DNA of 64,000 bases, taken from NCBI GenBank assembly GCA_002269645.1, contig NIVC01002264.1, positions 78,278-142,277 of the forward strand. Direction: 5' to 3'. The notes under the pieces are model-generated. The model was not told the DNA's origin. It saw only the letters and a list, made by a program, of their open reading frames with translations, and did not search any database. This DNA is from Macrostomum lignano (taxonomy: Eukaryota). Below, piece after piece: positions 36,000-50,291 of this stretch (position 1 is the first letter of the stretch; each line of letters begins with the position of its first letter). The translations under genes and the position numbers were made by a program.

Positions 36000-36542
36000 C
36001 AGGGGCGTCGCCAACGGGGGGGACAGGGGGGGGGACATGTCCCCCCTCAGTAAAAGATCCGGGGGACATGCCTAATCTAATGCTTTGTCCCCCGACCCCA
36101 CCTGACCCGTTATGGAAATCAATAATTTTGCTGCAGGGCGACAAGGCATAGTGCCTGCAATGCTAAAATGAGTGCCTGCAGCGACGCCAAAATGAGTGCC
36201 TTCGGCGCTAAAATGAGTGCCTGAGGTGCTAAAAATGAGTGCCTGCGGCGCTAAAATGAGTGCCTGCGGCGCTAAAATGAGTTCCTGCGACGCTAAAATG
36301 AGTGCCTGAGGCGCTAAAAATGAGTGCCTGCGGCGCTAAAAATGAGTGCCTGAGGCGCTAAAATGAGTGCCTGAGGCGCTAAAGTGAGTGCCTGCGGCGC
36401 TAAAAATGAGTGCCTGAGGCGCTAAAATGAGTGCGCTGACAACAACCGATTCTGAGAATAATGTACATGTAAGAATTTATTCATGTACATGTATAATTAT
36501 TGGCTTTGTCCCCCACCATAAAATCCATGGAATTCAGCCCCG
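36000..36542. mobile_element. hAT-like MITE with an internal 21-22-bp minisatellite
   Basis: Ends CAGGGGCG..CAGCCCCG; 8-bp TSD AATTCTTG at 35992-35999 and 36543-36550; GCGCTAAAATGAGTGCCTGCG array at 36170-36435. Confidence 0.8.
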
Positions 36543-37719
36543 AATTCTTGAATCCTACGCTCGTACGACAGCATGAGCACTCTGGCAAATCTATGAATAT
36601 ATATTACAAGCATAAAAGTTGAATTCCCGCGCAAAATCTTTCAAAAACAGTCTGGCCTCAGGATAAAAACTAAATTACATGTATTTAATGCCGTTACGGG
36701 TGCAAATGTTAGGATGGCAGTGTGGCCCAGAAACTGCATGAGCATCTGGGAGAGTGGCGCGGTGGCCCAGCAACATATGTGCAGGCATTTCGACTGACGC
36801 CTGCGACGTTTGTGAGATGAGAGGACCAGTTTCATTGCAATACACATGCACAGTGGATACCTTGCAGTGGATTGCATTGCATGCAGGGGCCGACTTTAGC
36901 AAAGAAATTATACTCTGTGGCCTCAGCTGGTTCGTAGTCCAGCCAGAATCACTCAGACGGTCAGCCCTAAGACAGCTACATGTAAGATGTGTCGAGAGAT
37001 GGCCTATATATTAGAGAAGATAGTGATCCCGATACCATGCAGGAAAAAATTACTAACTTAAATTTAGAAATTAACTAATTAACGAATCCGGAGATTAAGT
37101 GAACGTACCACCACCAATCGATCCGCCGACATTGCAAGTTATGTCTCTATCATGTTGTAACAGTTGAGAGTTCATTTACCAGGGGGTAAGTGATTGATAA
37201 TACAACATACGAGCTATTTATCGTTTTGAGCGTGCAAAAATGAAGCAAAAAAGCCCCCCCCCCCGCCGCAGTTATTCATCTGAGGAATTATTTGAAGCAT
37301 TCATTGAATTATATCGTTCTATTCTATATATTGCGCTTGGATCTGGGTCTACAAACATAATTGCATGTAACACATAGTTAAATATATATTCCTATCGAAC
37401 AATTAATAAGTAGTCAAGCTCAGACAGTGACTAAAACTTTTTCAGTGTATGACTTTCACAGTATCTGAGCACAAAATTCTGAGATACACCTCGTTCCCAG
37501 GCTCAAAGTGGGGGGCTAGTAGGGTATTCCATACCGGTATATTGCCTGAAACTAAACTTTTCGCCCGCATATATACGAGTATCACGAAATGCTTTCTTTC
37601 AGATATTTTAATACGAGCTAATTGCATACATTAGACAATAGTGATTGAATTGAGCAAAGGAAATCTGGTCCTGCAGGATACTTCCGCAATGTGGTATCCA
37701 CAGGCAAAACATTTAGTTG

Positions 37720-38330
37720 CATCCGATTTAAAGAAAAGCCAAGCCCCTCACTTTACAGTACGCGAGCCTGGAACTCTGAGGAGCGACAAAAGCAACAATG
37801 GAGATTCATGTCGATTGACCGACCCACTGTGCCCTCGCTACGAGCTGTGCATCACTGATTTCGCCATACTCATGCCAGTCAACATGGTGAACACCCTTGA
37901 GCATCTTGTATTGAGCGTTAAGAGCGGCACTCATCCGCGCCGTTCTACAAGACATCTTCCGTTCTGCTCTTCCGGACGACATTCAGCACCTGATCTCCGG
38001 CTTTAAGGCTACAAACAGTTCATCGTGCAGCTGTGCAGAACTCGAGAACTCGTAGTTGGACTCGCATTCGACGTTGAAACGTCGATTCTTCCGACGTTGC
38101 AACATCACGAACAGCATGGTTTGGTAAAAAGAGACTCATTGAATCCTGACCAATCACCAATATCGCTTCTTGAGACACCAACAGGTTTAGTATTGCTGGA
38201 GACGATATAGATAACATACAGCAGGCTATTTACTAGATTTGTGTAACGCCGGCAGCCATTTGAGCTTCACTAACTGTATTCCAAAGATTTTCTACAATAA
38301 GAGGCCTGACCACCCGGTCCACGAGCTCTC
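37720..38330 (+). pseudogene. Degenerate paralogue of the secreted-protein gene at 40057-40974
   Basis: Colinear fragments in shifting frames: CRLTDPLCPRYELC..LVLSVKSG / AVLQDIFRSALPDDIQHLISG / YKQFIVQL / WFGKKRLIES*PITNIAS*DTNRFSI. There are frameshifts, stops and a deletion of about 25 codons. Confidence 0.8.
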
Positions 38331-38585
38331 TTTCAATAAGTTTTCACTATCGTTTTTGGCTGTTCTGAAAAATAAAAAACTGAAGAAATCTCATATTCTG
38401 GTCAGTTCGCTACACAGAGCGAAAGCGAAAAACCAAATCGTTTTATTTATTCCATTTTTTGCATTGATAATATCCAACAGCCGAATTTAGATTAACAGTA
38501 AACAGTATCGATTGTTTATGCAAATCTCATTCTACTCTGTTCACGCGTGATTGTTTAAATTTATATTTGTTTGCTTTCCTTGTGT

Positions 38586-39945
<1,360 letters not shown>

Positions 39946-40056
39946 TGTCATAGAAATCATTGTCCAAAAACAGTGTTTTAGGAGCGTATATGGTCCACAC
40001 AGGCTGAAGTTGACCATTCGGTTTGATTTTTATCTCTTAGTACTTCGGCGGATCTT

Positions 40057-40974
40057 CTAGCGCACAAGAATAGCGATGTAGTCAGCGTCCCGAACTGTTG
40101 ACTCCATGGACTGGCTGGGATCCGAGCTGAACACGATTCGTGGAATCGGTTGCGTGTATTTGCACATAGCGCATGCATCACTCTGCTTGTCCAGTACCGC
40201 CATCAATCCGCGGTCACCTGAACAAGTGTTATAGTGGAAGTTAATGAAAAACCGTCTCTTAGACGAGCTTTCAATGCTGAAGTAGTTTGTAGACATCGAG
40301 GCGAGATTGGTCACGGGCAAGCTATGGACTAGGCGCTCCTTCCTGAACCAGTTCGTCATGCTCAGACTCGGGGTGTTCGTCCCAACATCGAAAACGAGTC
40401 TCATCACAACGGATGAACTATTTTACAGCTGCACAATGAACTGCTTGTAGGTCAAGCCGGAGATCAAACGCTGCACATTGTCCAGCAGACTGGAGCGGAA
40501 AGTGTCGGGCAGAACGGAGGCATCCGGATGAGCCGGCTGCACCACGAAGTCTGAGTTCGCCGAGGTCAAGGTCAACGTGTCCCACACCTCGACACCGCAG
40601 CCGCTCTTCACGCTCATGACTACAAGCTCATAGGTGCTGATGAGGCTGGCTGGCACGAACGCAGTGTAGAGACAGTCGGTGTCGCACAGCTGGTATCGGG
40701 GACACAGAGCGGCAGTCACCTGACATTTGACGCCTGACTCATAGGTTGGCATGACGACAGCCGACTGGACAGGCGACCTAGCAGCAGTCATGAGGCAGTC
40801 CTCAATCCGACCGGAGATTAGCATCAAGGATTGAGAACAGTTGGGCAGGAATTTGTAGCGTTGGAATTCCAGTCGCTTGATAAGACAGCCAGTTGCCGAA
40901 GCGAAATTGATCGCACCAGAGAGGGCAAAAAGCAGCAATACAGACAGATGATGAATCTTCATTACGGGAGGCAT
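40057..40974 (-). pseudogene. Intronless cysteine-containing secreted-protein gene (about 305 codons) interrupted by one in-frame TAA
   Basis: ORFs 40423-40974 (signal peptide LSVLLLFALSGAINFASA) and 40057-40407 share a frame and are separated only by TAA at 40425-40423 plus 5 sense codons. The paralogue reads through this position (VQLCRT). Confidence 0.65.
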
Positions 40975-41959
40975 TGCTTAGCAGAAATTTACAGCGCTAG
41001 GCTAATTCACCAATTGGCTTCCCCACTCATTCGCTTCCTTTTTTTATGAACCATCTTTGCTCCCGACGGGTTTCCATGGTGGCAGTGTTTTGGGGAAACA
41101 GCTGCAGAATCTCCAGCAAGTAGTTAGCTCAGAGTAAAAGTTAAGAGCCTTTAGCTAGAGCAGATGATGCCAGAGAGGAACAGGAGAATAGGCAGAAAAG
41201 TTTTCTACTGGCATACTTCGATTAGACAGTCAAGGCGCTTTACATTTTTTACTCCAAGAAAGTGGCTCATTGTCCCAGCGACTAACTACGACGTAGCTAG
41301 CCAATCGATTTAGTTCTTCGCTTCGTTACTTACTCTCTCACTTCATGATGGCAGCGCTCAACTTCTCTTCAGCTGAACTTCCTCAAGAGTTTAAACTACC
41401 CCCAGCCAAAAGCAGTTCACAAGAGAAGCAAGTCAGGGGTCTGCCAGGGCGACTACTCAAGCTATTTAAGAACTATTTGAGCACGATTTGAGCACTCAAG
41501 CTATTCATATAGACTTAGCAATACATTTTGATGTAAGTGAGCCGGCGGCACAAAGCCGACACTCGAAAACTAAGCTAGGAGAAGCAATTTCAGCCTTTTT
41601 TATGGGGGCCTGCCCAGCCATTCATTGCTGTTAGCTAGAATTCGCACTTCTCACGGGGCGAATAGCCATATGTTGAATAGGTTAAATAGGTTTAGGGCCA
41701 ACTTTTTGATGTTTCATTTGAGCACAAACCTATTGACTGGAATGCCCAGCAGGGACTGCTTGTAGGGGAGGGGCGGGGGTTAGCTTGAGAAAAAGAAATT
41801 CTCGCCATTGCCTTGTCTGCTAAAGTTTATTACAGTGAGCCGGTCTTTTTACCTGTAAGTCGACCTTGTGCGCTTTTATTGCATCACCATATTTGGCCCT
41901 ATTCTTCATGCAATTATTTCAATTTTAGATACTTGCATTTACTTAGTGGGCCAAGGTTG

Positions 41960-42990
41960 GGATTGCTTGGATGTCAAGACTCATAGGGTCATGGAGGGTT
42001 GCTTCTTGATTCCAAGGCTCATGGGGTCATGGTGGGTTGCTTAGATGCCAAGGCTCATGTGGTCATGGCGGGTTGCTTAGATGCCAAGGCTCATAGGGTC
42101 ATGGCGGGTTGCTTATTGATGCCAAGGCTAATAGGGTCATGGGGGTTGCTTAGATGCAAGGCTCATGGGGTCATGGGGGGTTGCTTAGATGCCAAGGCTC
42201 ATAGGGTCATGGGGGTTGCTTAGATGCAAGGCTCATGTGGTCATGGCGGGTTGCTTAGATGCCAAGGCTCATAGGGTCATGGTGGGTTACTTAGATGCCA
42301 AGGCTCATGGGGTCATGGTGGGTTGCTTAGATGCCAAGGCTCATGTGGTCATGGCGGGTTGCTTAGATGCCAAGGCTAATAGGGTCATGGGGGTTGCTTA
42401 GATGCAAGGTTCATGGGGTCATGGGGGGTTGCTTAGATGCCAAGGCTCATAGGGTCATGGTGGGTTACTTAGATGCCAAGATTCGTATGGTCATGGTGGG
42501 TTGCTTAGATGCCAAGGCTCATGGGGTCATGGTGGGTTGCTTAGATGCTAAGGCTCACGGGGTCATGGCGGATTGCTTAGATGCCAAGACTCATAGGGTT
42601 ATGGCGGGTTGCTTATTGATGCCAAGGCTAATAGGGTCATGGGGGGTTGCTTATTGATGCCAAGGCTCATAGGATGATGGCGGGTTGCTTAGATGCCAAG
42701 GTTCGTATGGTCATGGCGGGTTGCTTGATGTCAAGGCTCATTGGGTCATGGTGGGTTGCTTAGATGCCAAGGCTCATGGGGTCATGGCGGGTTGCTTAGA
42801 TGCCAAGGCTCATAGGGTCATGGCGGGTTGATTAGATGCCAAGGCTCATAGGGTCATGGCGGGTTGCTTAGATGCCAAGGCTCATGGGGTCATGGCGGGT
42901 TGCTTAGATGCCAAGGCTCATGGGGTCATGGCGGGTTGCTTAGATGCCAAGGCTCATGGGGTCATGGCGGGTTGCTTAGATGCCAAGGCT
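41960..42990. repeat. 36-bp minisatellite
   Basis: Unit TTGCTTAGATGCCAAGGCTCATGGGGTCATGGCGGG. Confidence 0.95.
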
Positions 42991-43518
42991 CAATAATGAT
43001 CGCTCAGATTTCAAAGCTTAGCTCATACGGTACAATTTTGCTACAGTGCTTTTGCAAGAGAATTATTTTTATTGCCGAAGAGGGAGAAACTATATATGTT
43101 CATAACAAATTTATATTTATACAAAGTTTTCTGTGAATAGACATCAATTAAATGTATACAAGCGTGTGTCTTCATCAATGCATTACACGTACTATAAGTT
43201 ACGAGCGTAACTTACCTCTTGCCAATATGCGACGCAAATAAGCAGTTCTAACTAGGGTTCCATCAAAATCACGGACAGTGGGGTAAAATAAAAAGACAAT
43301 CAATATTGAATAATAATCGTCGGCCTTTCTGCTCGCTGGACCTTGACGTAGAGTATCTGGAAGTGCACAGGAAGCTGGCATACTTCACCAGTGATATTTC
43401 GGCGGGCGAAAGTCTAAAACTCATTGATGCTCTTTGATCCCTAACGAACGGATAAGTGCATTTCCATCTAGGAGAAGTCCATCAAAATTTCTGCTGTCAA
43501 ATGCAGAATGCTAGATGG

Positions 43519-44418
43519 CTACTGCATCTGCTTGGTCATCATGATGACGAACTCTTCATAGTCGATCTCGCCGTCTCCATTCAGATCGGCCTCGCGAATC
43601 ATCTCGTCTACCTCGTCGTCCGTCAGCTTCTCGCCCAGACTGCACATCACGGTTTTCAGCTCGGCCGCCGAGATGCTGCCGTTGCCGTCCTTGTCGAATA
43701 CCTGACAGAAGCAACGACGGGATGCGGAAGCGTCTTTCACGGCTATTCAGATACTAAAATTAAACCAGAATGAAGGAATGAACCTCCCGTGGTACCCTAG
43801 TGGCCTGGATTGGATAAATAGTTAGGGCCGCTGTACACTCCTGTGTGAGTGTGTGCCTGTGCGTATGACTGCGTACGTATCCGCGCGCTTGTGCGCCTGC
43901 TTAGGGAAGTCGGCGGAATGAGCAGTGTACACCGCATGAGATGATGAGAAAATCATGTCAGATGTACAACGCCATGTGGGTTCGTTCCGGCGTTACATAT
44001 CCGTAAGCGCTAGTTGTGTCTTCCGGGGCCAGTGGAATGTAAGCTAACTGACGAACTGAATAGCTTGTCAAATTAGTTAACAAACGAATTAATATCAACT
44101 CACTCGAAAGGCCTCACGCAGTTCAGCCTCCGTGTCCGACTCCTTCGTCCGTCGACTCATCAGCACGCGAAACTCGTCAAAATCGATGTGCCCGTTGCCG
44201 TCGATATCGAGTTCATTGATGATGTCGCGCAGCTCGGCCTCTGTAGGATTCTGGCCCAGCGCTCGCATCACGGTTCCCAATTCGTCGGTGGTGATGCTGC
44301 CAGAGTTGTCTTTGTCGAATAATCGAAACACTTCGCGCATATCTTTGAGCTCCGCATCGGTCAGGTCTTTAACGTCGGACTGCTGCTGCTGCTGCTGCGA
44401 CTTTTGTTTAGTTGACAT
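43519..44418 (-). CDS. Calmodulin-like protein with four EF-hands, 2 exons, 165 aa
   Basis: Exons 44418-44104 and 43701-43519 (phase 0). EF loops [36 protein letters not shown] and [12 protein letters not shown]; CaM-like linkers; Gln-rich N-terminal extension. Too divergent to be canonical CaM. Confidence 0.93.
43790..43925 (+). mobile_element. SINE body fragment in the calmodulin-like intron
   Basis: About 60 bp (AGTTAGGGCCGCTGT.CACTCCTGTGTGAGTGTGTGCCTGTG.GTATGACTGC) nearly identical to 57395-57460. Confidence 0.6.
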
Positions 44419-45377
44419 GGATCTCTCTAACTGGCACAATTACAGAACTGCGTACAATAACTCGACTAACTTAACTACGCTCGTATGTGCGACTTGATTG
44501 CGCCTCAGTGCCGCAGCTTTTTAGGCACAGAACCGCAAGCGAGAAAAAAACACTGTACGAGGGACTGCATGGGTTCAAGTCGCTGCTGATTGGCTGCGGT
44601 CGCAAAATTGACAAGCAACTGAGAAAGCAGCACAGATGTACGCACTGAACTATTTAACACAGTGTATACGTGTAGCACGCGGGTTGTCACTCGATATTTA
44701 TCTTTTTAATTCTACATGTTATATGATTACTTTTCTAAAGTAATCCTGCTTTGTATAGAAGAGCTACTTGACGAACCGCAAGAACGTACATGCACAGGTC
44801 CGCTCGTACACCCAGACTTCTTATCTACTTTCTACAGTATGTGGAGAACTGCCATGGTCGCTAGTATATTTATTTTAATGTGCTTAGTCTCAATAAAGTG
44901 AAGATCTATAACAGAACATTCGTTATCTTTAGTATTGTACGCTCGTACTCTGAAATCTTAAATTTTCCAAGTCTAAATACCAATAGTGTTCGAGATGCGC
45001 ATACAGTGCGGTCTTTAAATTGACATAATAGCATACGCTAGGATTACTGCAGATCATTGCTTTAGCTTCAACGGACTCAGTTTAATTTAATATAGAAAAT
45101 TACCTATGGCCTTTTCAACCAGCTCTATCCAGGTAGCCAGCCCTCTGTCAAGTGGGCAGCCACTTAGCAAACTGTGTGGGAAAGCCTTAAATAAGATAGC
45201 TTAGCATGGGGCCAACTTGAAGGTTAATTTGGTGTAAAATTTTGCACAGAATCGAGAAGGAGGGTGTGACGTGGTGTGCATTTCTAGAGCAATGCTTCGT
45301 TGAGATTTTTTAGCCAATAATTGAATATACACAAATGTTTGTAAGCACCAGGCACTTATAATACACTAGCAGAGCAG

Positions 45378-45780
45378 AGGTGTCAGGAGTGCAATCATCA
45401 GATTGTCAGGAGTGCAATCATCAGGTGTCAGGAGTGCAATCATCAGATTGTCAGGATTGCAATCATCAGGTGTCAGGAGTGCAATCATCAGATTGTCAGG
45501 AGTGCAATCATCAGATTGTCAGGAGTGCAATCATCAGGTGTCAGGAGTGCAATCATCAGGTGTCATCAGCTGCGCACTACGGCTGTTCAGTCCAATGACT
45601 GGGAGGGTCGCCACACACACCCTCAATTACCCCAGCTAATACTGGCACCCATTTTACAGCTGGGTGAACTGAAGCAATGCAGAGTTGTCTTGCTCAAGGA
45701 CACAAATTGTTCCAGTAGGATCGGGAATCGAACCCCCGATCTTCAAGTCGTGAGTCCGATGCTCTAGCCACTAGGCTTCA
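45378..45780 (-). mobile_element. tRNA-derived SINE with an adjoining 22-23-bp tandem tail
   Basis: Minus strand has A box TAGTGGCTAGAGC, B box GGTTCGATTCC and then TGTGTCCTTGAGCAAGACA (common SINE core-like segment). A TGTCAGGAGTGCAATCATCAG array (45378-45565) lies at its 3' end. Confidence 0.75.
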
Positions 45781-46667
45781 ACCCCTTTGTATACAAAAAA
45801 CTGACTGCTTGATGAACTTCAACTCTTTTAAGAAGACAACAAACAACAACGATAGAGGAGCGGAGAGTTGACATTTGTTTTATTAAACAAGTAATTGAAC
45901 CAAATTTAATTACAATTATGCAACAACTGTACTTGAAACATCCGGAACTCGATAGACCGCAGACTAAACAGACAGGCAGATAAAAGAAGACACAAGATCA
46001 GCAAATTAAATTAAATAATCATGCAAAATAAAATACATTGGTAATGCAACTCCAGTTACTGTGCCGAGCAGTTCCAGTTTACAGGAATTTACTAATATAC
46101 TTTTTAAAGTTGTTCCTTTTTCAAAAAAAGAAACGAAAAAAGTTCAGTGTGTCAAGAATTGGAAACTTATATATATTTATGCTACTAACAAGTAGCCTAA
46201 TGTGCAAATGGTTCGAAAAACTTGTGCAGGCTCTGTTGCAGACAGAAAGCGCTTCTGACTAGAATCTGCAAATGGGGCTGGTTCAAAAAATTAGCAAAAA
46301 AATAAAATAAACGATTCTGTATTATTGTGACGCTAAGGAAAGCGGAAATTGAAAAACTGAGCTTATGAATAGTTTGTTAAATAGTTTATTGCAGTGCAAC
46401 ACAAAATTTGTTCAGAGACTTTTTAACAAAATGAAAATGAAGTAGGAGACTCAGTGGCAGTAGAGCAATCCACATTGCTAACAGAATGCAAAATGTAAAC
46501 AATATACAAGAGCGACGGGAAAGCATTTTAATTGCTTTTGCTAATTGTGCAAACTTGGAATTTTCCAGATAAGTGAGCTTTAAAAAATATAGAAACCACA
46601 AATTCACCCAAAAACACCCGAAATATTAATACAGAATCTCCCTGCTTCATCTTGATAGATAGTTTCT

Positions 46668-47750
46668 ATGCCCCCAACCTGACACTTCATATTGGCTCCC
46701 CCTGACACTTCATATTGGCTCCCCCTGACACTTCATATTGGCTCCCCCTGACACTTCATATTGGCTCCCCCTGACACTTCATATTGGCTCCCCCTGACAC
46801 TTTGTATTGGCTCCCCCTGACACTTCATATTGGCTCCCCCTGACACTTTATATTGGCTCCCCCTGACACTTCATATTGGCTCCCCCTGACACTTCATATT
46901 GGCTCCCCCTGACACTTTATATTGGCTCCCCTGACACTTCATATTGGCTCCTCCTGACACTTCGTATTGACTCCTCTGACACTTAACATTAGCTCTTCCT
47001 GACACTTCATATTGACTCCCCTGACACTTAACATTAGCTCCCCCTGACACTTCATATTGGCTCCCTCTGACACTTCATATTGGCTCCACCTGACACTTCA
47101 TATTGCCCCCAACCTGACACTTCATATTGGCTCCCCCTGACACTTCATATTGGCTCCTCCTGACACTTCATATTGGCTCTACCTGACACTTCATATTGGC
47201 TCCCCCTGACACTTCATATTGGCTCCCCTGGCACTTAACATTAGCTCCTCTTGACACTTCATATTGACTCCTCTGACACTTAACATTAGCTCCTCTTGAC
47301 ACTTCATATTGACTTAATCTGATACTTCAAATTGGCTCACCTGACACTTCATATTGCCCCCAACTGACACTTCAAATTGGCTCCCCCTGACACTTCATAT
47401 TGGCTCTCCCTGACACTTCATATTGGCTCCCCCTGACACTTCATATTGGCTCCACCTGACACTTCATATTGGCTCCTCCTGACACTTAACATTAGCTCCT
47501 CCTGACACTTCATATTGGCTTAATTGGCTTAATCTGACACTTCAAATTTGCTCACCTGACACTTCATATTGGCTCCACCTGACAATTCATATTGCCCCCC
47601 ACTGACACTTCATATTGCCCCCCTGACACTTCATATTGACCCCCTGAAACTTCAATTTAGTTCCCCCTGAAACTTCAATTTAGTTCCCCCTGACACTTCA
47701 TATTGACTCGAACTGACTCTTCAAATCAGCTCACCTGACATTTCAAATTG
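46668..47750. repeat. 23-bp minisatellite
   Basis: Unit CCTGACACTTCATATTGGCTCCC. Confidence 0.96.
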
Positions 47751-47900
47751 GCACACTCGCTTAAAATGAAGCCCTAAACGACTCTGTCAAACCCTGATTT
47801 TACGTTGCCAAGATTCTGTCCTTGGTTCGAACCCCGCTTTGGTTCACGCCCCAACTGTCTCAAAAGTTAATACCTGGTAGTTCCACAGACCAGAAGCAGC

Positions 47901-50291
47901 TCAGCAGCAGGCCCGGCCGCCCAGCGACCGACTATTCAACCGGATTGCCGCGTCGCCGCTCCGCCCGCCGCCAAGAGTGTCGCCGCCATGTCTGCGCTTC
48001 AGTTCAGCTGCCAGAGAGTTGAACACCCGATCGATGTTGCTGTTCTCCTTGGCCGACGTCTCCAGGCTGGCCAGCATGCCAAGCCTGTTGGCCAGCTCCG
48101 CAGCCTCCTCCTGGCGGACCTCGCGCAGATGCTTCAAATCTTGCTTGCAGCCGACAAGCAGCTGGACGATGCCGGTGCCCGCGTACCGACCGACGTCATC
48201 CACCCACCGGGGCAACGAGTCGAATGACTCCTGCGGCGTCGTTTGGGTAGTTAGAGTACTTGTTTTATCAAAACCATTGCTTTTAGGTTTCTGCACTGTG
48301 ACTTTGCCCTCAGTCTCACTGCTCAGTTGACCTCAGTCTCACTGCTCAGTTGACCTCAGTCTCACTGCTCAGTTGACCTCAGTCTCACTGCTCAGTTGAC
48401 CTCAGTCTCACTGCTCCCTTGACCTCAGTCTCACTGCTCAGTTGACCTCAGTCTCACTGCTCAGTTGACCTCAGTCTCACTGCTCAGTTGACCTCAGTCT
48501 CACTGCTCAGTTGACCTCAGTCTCACTGCTCAGTTGACCTTAGTCTAACTGCTCAGTTGACCTCAGTCTCACTGCTCAGTTGACCTCAGTCTCACTGCTC
48601 AGTTGACCTCAGTCTCACTGCTCAGTTGACCTCAGTCTCACTGCTCCCTTGACCTCAGTCTCACTGCTCCCTTGGCCTCAATCTCACTGCTCCCTTGACC
48701 TCAATCTCACTGCTCCCTTGACCTCAATCTCACTGCTCCCTTGACCTCAGTCTCACTGCTCCCTTGACCTCAATCTCACTGCTCCCTTGACCTCAATCTC
48801 ACTGCTCCCTTGACCTCAATCTCACTGCTCAGTTGACCTCAGTCTCACTGCTCAGTTGACCTCAGTCTCACTGCTCAGTTGACCTCAGTCTCACTGCTCA
48901 GTTGACCTCAGTCTCACTGCTCAGTTGACCTCAGTCTCACTGCTCCCTTGACCTCAATCTCACTGCTCCCTTGACCTCAATCTCACTGCTCCCTTGACCT
49001 CAGTCTCACTGCTCAGTTGACCTCAGTCTCACTGCTCAGTTGACCTCAGTCTCACTGCTCAGTTGACCTCAGTCTCACTGCTCCCTTGACCTCAGTCTCA
49101 CTGCTCAGTTGACCTCTGTCTCACAGCTCAGTTGACCTCAGTCTCACTGCTCAGTTGACCTCAGTCTCACTGCTCCCTTGACCTCAATCTCACTGCTCCC
49201 TTGACCTCAATCTCACTGCTCCCTTGACCTCAATCTCACTGCTCCCTTGACCTCAATCTCACTGCTCCCTTGACCTCAATCTCACTGCTCCCTTGACCTC
49301 AGTCTCACTGCTCAGTTGACCTCAGTCTCACTGCTCAGTTGACCTCAGTCTCACTGCTCAGTTGACCTCAGTCTCACTGCTCAGTTGACCTCAGTCTCAC
49401 TGCTCCCTTGACCTCAATCTCACTGCTCCCTTGACCTCAATCTCACTGCTCCCTTGACCTCAGTCTCACTGCTCAGTTGACCTCAGTCTCACTGCTCAGT
49501 TGACCTCAGTCTCACTGCTCCCTTGACCTCAGTCTCACTGCTCCCTTGACCTCAGTCTCACTGCTCAGTTGACCTCAGTCTCACTGCTCCCTTGGCCTCA
49601 ATCTCACTGATCCCTTGACCTCAGTCTCACTGATCCCTTGACCTCAGTCTCACTGCTCCCTTGGCCTCAATCTCACTTCTCCCTTGACCTCAGTCTCACT
49701 GCTCCCTTGGCCTCAATCTCACTGATCCCTTGACCTCAGTCTCACTGATCCCTTGACCTCAGTCTCACTGCTCCCTTGGCCTCAATCTCACTTCTCCCTT
49801 GACCTCAGTCTCACTGATCCCTTGACCTCAATCTCACTGCTCCCTTGGCCTCAATCTCACTTCTCCCTTGACCTCAGTCTCACTGATCCCTTGACCTCAA
49901 TCTCACTGCTTCCTTGACCTCAATCTATCAGCTTCCGTCTCCTTAATGTCATTAACTAACTTGACTTACAATGTTGGCTTCATAAGTGCAGATGCTGGTG
50001 ACTTACCCTCTTAGTAATATCGTAGGCCAGAATAACAGCATTGGCAGATCTGTAGTAGGACTGCGTGATTGTCCTGAACCTCTCCTGCCCTGCTGTGTCC
50101 CACACTTGCAGCTTGATCCGGCACCCATCCATCAGCAGAGTCTTCATGGTGAAGTCCACGCCAATTGTGCTGCCCTGCTTTTCTAGAAAATTTCCCGATT
50201 TAAATCGCTGCACAACGCAGGACTTTCCAACGCCAGCATCGCCAACAAGAACAATTTTGAATAAGAAGTCAAACTGCTCGTCAGCTTCCAT
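47901..50291 (-). CDS. RAB43: Rab43/Rab19-family GTPase, 2 exons, 204 aa
   Basis: Exons 50291-50007 and 48230-47901 (phase 0). [60 protein letters not shown] and a C-terminal CC prenylation motif. Confidence 0.93.
48305..49925. repeat. 23-bp minisatellite filling the Rab43 intron
   Basis: Unit TTGACCTCA(G/A)TCTCACTGCTC(AG/CC). Confidence 0.97.

Noticed and set aside
40423-40425. Selenocysteine or programmed readthrough at the in-frame stop
   Set aside because: The codon is TAA rather than TGA, and I see no SECIS or readthrough context.
45700-45780. Functional tRNA genes here, at 57221-57290 and at 29153-29215
   Set aside because: A/B boxes are present, but acceptor stems do not close into a cloverleaf and repeat bodies follow, so these are SINE-type heads.
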